From positions 1 through 27,543 of IMG/VR virus record IMGVR_UViG_3300035184_000389: 27,543 nt of DNA. One strand, 5' to 3'. Positions 25,908-27,543 of the stretch are shown here, piece by piece. The notes beneath the pieces are model-generated. The model ran no database searches. It saw only the letters and a program-made list of their open reading frames with translations, and had not been told where the DNA came from. The first letter of the stretch is position 1; each line of letters starts with the position of its first letter. The position numbers were made by a program, and so were the translations under genes. Source of the stretch: a virus. Taxonomy: Duplodnaviria; Caudoviricetes.

Positions 25908-26256
25908 TATGTACTAATCTAATTACTAGGTTTAAATTTTTTTTGAAGTCTATAACAATGATGGGGTTAACCTTTATCTTACCTAGATGCTTCACAAAGA
26001 TTCCCACCTTCTTAAGCTTTGACACTATATTATTAATTGTAGCTGTAGTTGTATTGTATTTCTCACAAAACTGTGCTCTTGAGTTTGCATAGGATATAGT
26101 TCCCTTCACTGCTGTAAATGCTATTAGTTCAATCTCCCTCTTTGTTAGGTTAAGATTGTTAATAGCAGATAGTATAGAATAATACTTTTGTGCTACTACA
26201 TACTCATCTTCTAAACTCTTCTTTAGCTCTTGTATGACTGTATTTCTTTTTTCCAT
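25798..26256 (-). CDS. winged-HTH DNA-binding protein (RepL-like)
   Basis: LTKREIELI...TTTATINNIVSKLKKVGIFVK....KVNP is a wHTH/RepL-type pattern; it is the first gene of the minus-strand operon. Confidence 0.6.
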   Translation of the reverse strand: MEKRNTVIQELKKSLEDEYVVAQKYYSILSAINNLNLTKREIELIAFTAVKGTISYANSRAQFCEKYNTTTATINNIVSKLKKVGIFVKHLGKIKVNPIIVIDFKKNLNLVIRLVHNEEVKTVLKGSSYKEDVNQANSVRDSSESSNSSPVQ

Positions 26257-26334
26257 GATTTAGTTGTATATAATTACACATCATATAATCACAAATATAC
26301 AATAAAAATCTATATACACAACATATGGTATATT

Positions 26335-26347
26335 TCAATGCTATATT
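26335..26347 (-). repeat. AATATAGCATTGA intergenic motif, copy 2
   Basis: The reverse complement matches copies 1 and 3 at 12 of 13 positions. Confidence 0.6.
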
Positions 26348-26428
26348 ATGTATCAGTAACTAATCATATACCTTTATTAGTTACATGTAAAAGAAGAAAG
26401 TATAATAACTAATAACCCACCCACCCAC

Positions 26429-26461
26429 CAAAGGTAAAACATTTTTACCATGCCAACCAAA
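26429..26461 (-). promoter_or_regulatory. consensus Bacteroidota sigma promoter driving the morphogenesis operon
   Basis: Minus strand TTTG-N21-TACCTTTG is an exact match to the TTTG / TAnnTTTG consensus. Confidence 0.7.
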
Positions 26462-26487
26462 TTTTCTAAAAACTTTTTTTCTAAAAA
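26462..26487. repeat. 11-bp direct repeat TTTTCTAAAAA x2
   Basis: Copies at 26462-26472 and 26477-26487, abutting the -33 box. Confidence 0.5.
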
Positions 26488-26554
26488 GCCCCACCCCATC
26501 GTGTGTATAAGGGAGTAGACCCCTACCAATTGAAGACCCCACACAAAATTTGAC

Positions 26555-26575
26555 GATTGGGGGTAGCCCCCAGTC
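26555..26575. promoter_or_regulatory. GC-rich hairpin with 3-nt loop upstream of the first plus-strand gene
   Basis: GATTGGGGG-TAG-CCCCCAGTC (one T-G pair), 31 nt before the ATG at 26607. Confidence 0.5.
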
Positions 26576-26606
26576 TTCACACTAATCCATTAAAAAACAG
26601 AAAACA

Positions 26607-27047
26607 ATGGCATTACAATTTAAAGATTACCAGTCAGAAACCCTTGTAAACTTAGGGACAGTAGCATCCAATGCAGGAAAAGGAGGCTCTTGGTCATTAA
26701 TTGACAAGAACTTTCAAGATGAGAGCAAGCGAGTTGCTCTAATCGTAAAACGTGCAGATGGTGCAAGCACTGTCGTTGCTTGCTCCACAGCTGTGAGCAG
26801 AGGATTGCGTGACCAATCCATCAAGAAAGGAATGGTTCAATCCTTTCCCATTCTACAAACTTCTTGGGATAAGAAGGTTGATGGAGTCATCCAAATGGAT
26901 GCCACCACAGGTAAACCTGTCCAAGTAACAGGCCACTTCGTGTCCTTACCAGGAGGAACTCAAGTGGAGGACTTTGCAATCACGGATGAAACCGCTGAGG
27001 AGTTTGTTGCACCAGTTATCAAGCTGGATGACCTGGTTGCCTTTTAG
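26607..27047 (+). CDS. hypothetical protein, divergently transcribed
   Basis: 146-aa ORF with an A-rich leader (AAAAAACAGAAAACAATG), beta-rich core and acidic tail ending DDLVAF; followed by a hairpin. Confidence 0.8.
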   Translation: MALQFKDYQSETLVNLGTVASNAGKGGSWSLIDKNFQDESKRVALIVKRADGASTVVACSTAVSRGLRDQSIKKGMVQSFPILQTSWDKKVDGVIQMDATTGKPVQVTGHFVSLPGGTQVEDFAITDETAEEFVAPVIKLDDLVAF

Positions 27048-27063
27048 CAACCATTTCACCCTT

Positions 27064-27090
27064 AAGGGGAGAGTTTATCGCTCTCTCCTT
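27064..27090 (+). terminator. hairpin, possible terminator after the 146-aa gene
   Basis: AAGGGGAGAG-tttatcg-CTCTCTCCTT stem (one G-U), with only a weak U-tract. Confidence 0.45.
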
Positions 27091-27234
27091 ATATACTGGG
27101 TGGGAATACAGGGTTGGGCCTTTAAAAACCAAATAAAGTATATGTTTTGTGTGTGTGATAACTTATACGTGTTCACATAACCCACATTTCAACACCTTTT
27201 GACAGCTGTAACATTCACTGTTGCATACTAAATA

Positions 27235-27247
27235 AATATAGCATTAA
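27235..27247 (+). repeat. AATATAGCATTAA intergenic motif, copy 3
   Basis: Identical to 19694-19706. Confidence 0.6.
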
Positions 27248-27327
27248 CATGCTACACTTATACACACACCTAATAACTTTCTCTCTATGCTTATATTAAG
27301 TTAGGGAGCTCTAAAACATATTAAAAT

Positions 27328-27446
27328 TATGCTTGCATGGAGTGGACTAGACGTAGTTCAAACTTGGTGTTTAGTTAATTCACGGAAAAACACGCATTAA
27401 TAATCCTAAAGTAGGATGTGCAGCCCAAGATGGTGATGCAAGCATA
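27328..27446. ncRNA. candidate multi-stem structured RNA of unknown family
   Basis: An 11-bp perfect closing stem TATGCTTGCAT/ATGCAAGCATA encloses several nested stems, in a region with no long ORF. Confidence 0.5.
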
Positions 27447-27488
27447 TATTTAATAACTTAAAGCTGAAGAGCCTTGTACTACAACATT

Positions 27489-27543
27489 ATGATAAATACA
27501 ATCAAAGTATATCCACATACATACATGGAAGTTTCAGTTGAAC
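27489..27543 (+). CDS. possible start of a gene running off the right edge
   Basis: ATG at 27489, open to the end of the window (MINTIKVYPHTYMEVSVE...). Confidence 0.3.
   Translation, partial: MINTIKVYPHTYMEVSVE

Noticed and set aside
826-26092. Many plus-strand ORFs of 60-102 aa (e.g. 7203, 9477, 12423, 13639, 22953, 23520) including poly-Val stretches
   Set aside because: They are antisense shadows of minus-strand genes; the poly-Val is the reverse complement of Thr codons.
26381-26390. Perfect palindrome TTACATGTAA
   Set aside because: A single 10-bp AT-rich palindrome with no second copy is not enough to call a site.
26230-26580. ORFs 26230-26412 (+) and 26377-26580 (-)
   Set aside because: They have odd composition and overlie promoter, repeat and G-tract elements, so they are more likely non-coding.
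24694-27100. 12-bp inverted match TTATATACTGGG at 24694-24705 and 27089-27100
   Set aside because: A single 12-bp match is expected by chance in 27 kb of AT-rich DNA, and the flanks do not extend.
27464-27473. CTGAAGAG resembling the hammerhead ribozyme core CUGANGA
   Set aside because: No matching stem II partner followed by GAAA was found on either side within the window.
1-27543. tRNA genes, integrase, introns or inteins in TerL/portal/MCP
   Set aside because: No cloverleaf with a T-loop consensus, no recombinase motifs and no interruptions of these genes were seen by eye.

Overview
The window is an AT-rich segment of a tailed phage genome that looks like a crAss-like (Crassvirales-type) virus, probably infecting Bacteroidota, judged from TTTG-N19-21-TAnnTTT[G/A] promoters and A-rich leaders without Shine-Dalgarno sequences. 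About 26.3 kb is one minus-strand morphogenesis region. In order it holds a RepL-like HTH protein, an HU/IHF-like protein, small ORFs, a probable TerS, TerL, portal, an acidic scaffold-like protein, the major capsid protein and several Cys-rich virion/ring proteins. These are followed by a ~10.5 kb accessory fibre/decoration cassette, a metallophosphoesterase, another ring-like protein and a second IHF-like gene. The cassette is the most striking part. It has five paralogous copies of an unassigned ~70-aa module (three stand-alone, two fused to Thr-linker proteins), poly-Thr linkers, propeller-like and vWA-like domains, and a Nal1-like trypsin-fold serine protease. The right end is a strand-switch region with G-tract clusters, a 3-nt-loop GC hairpin, a repeated 13-bp motif and a ~120-nt multi-stem ncRNA candidate. 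All family assignments come from motif recognition and gene order; no database searches were run.
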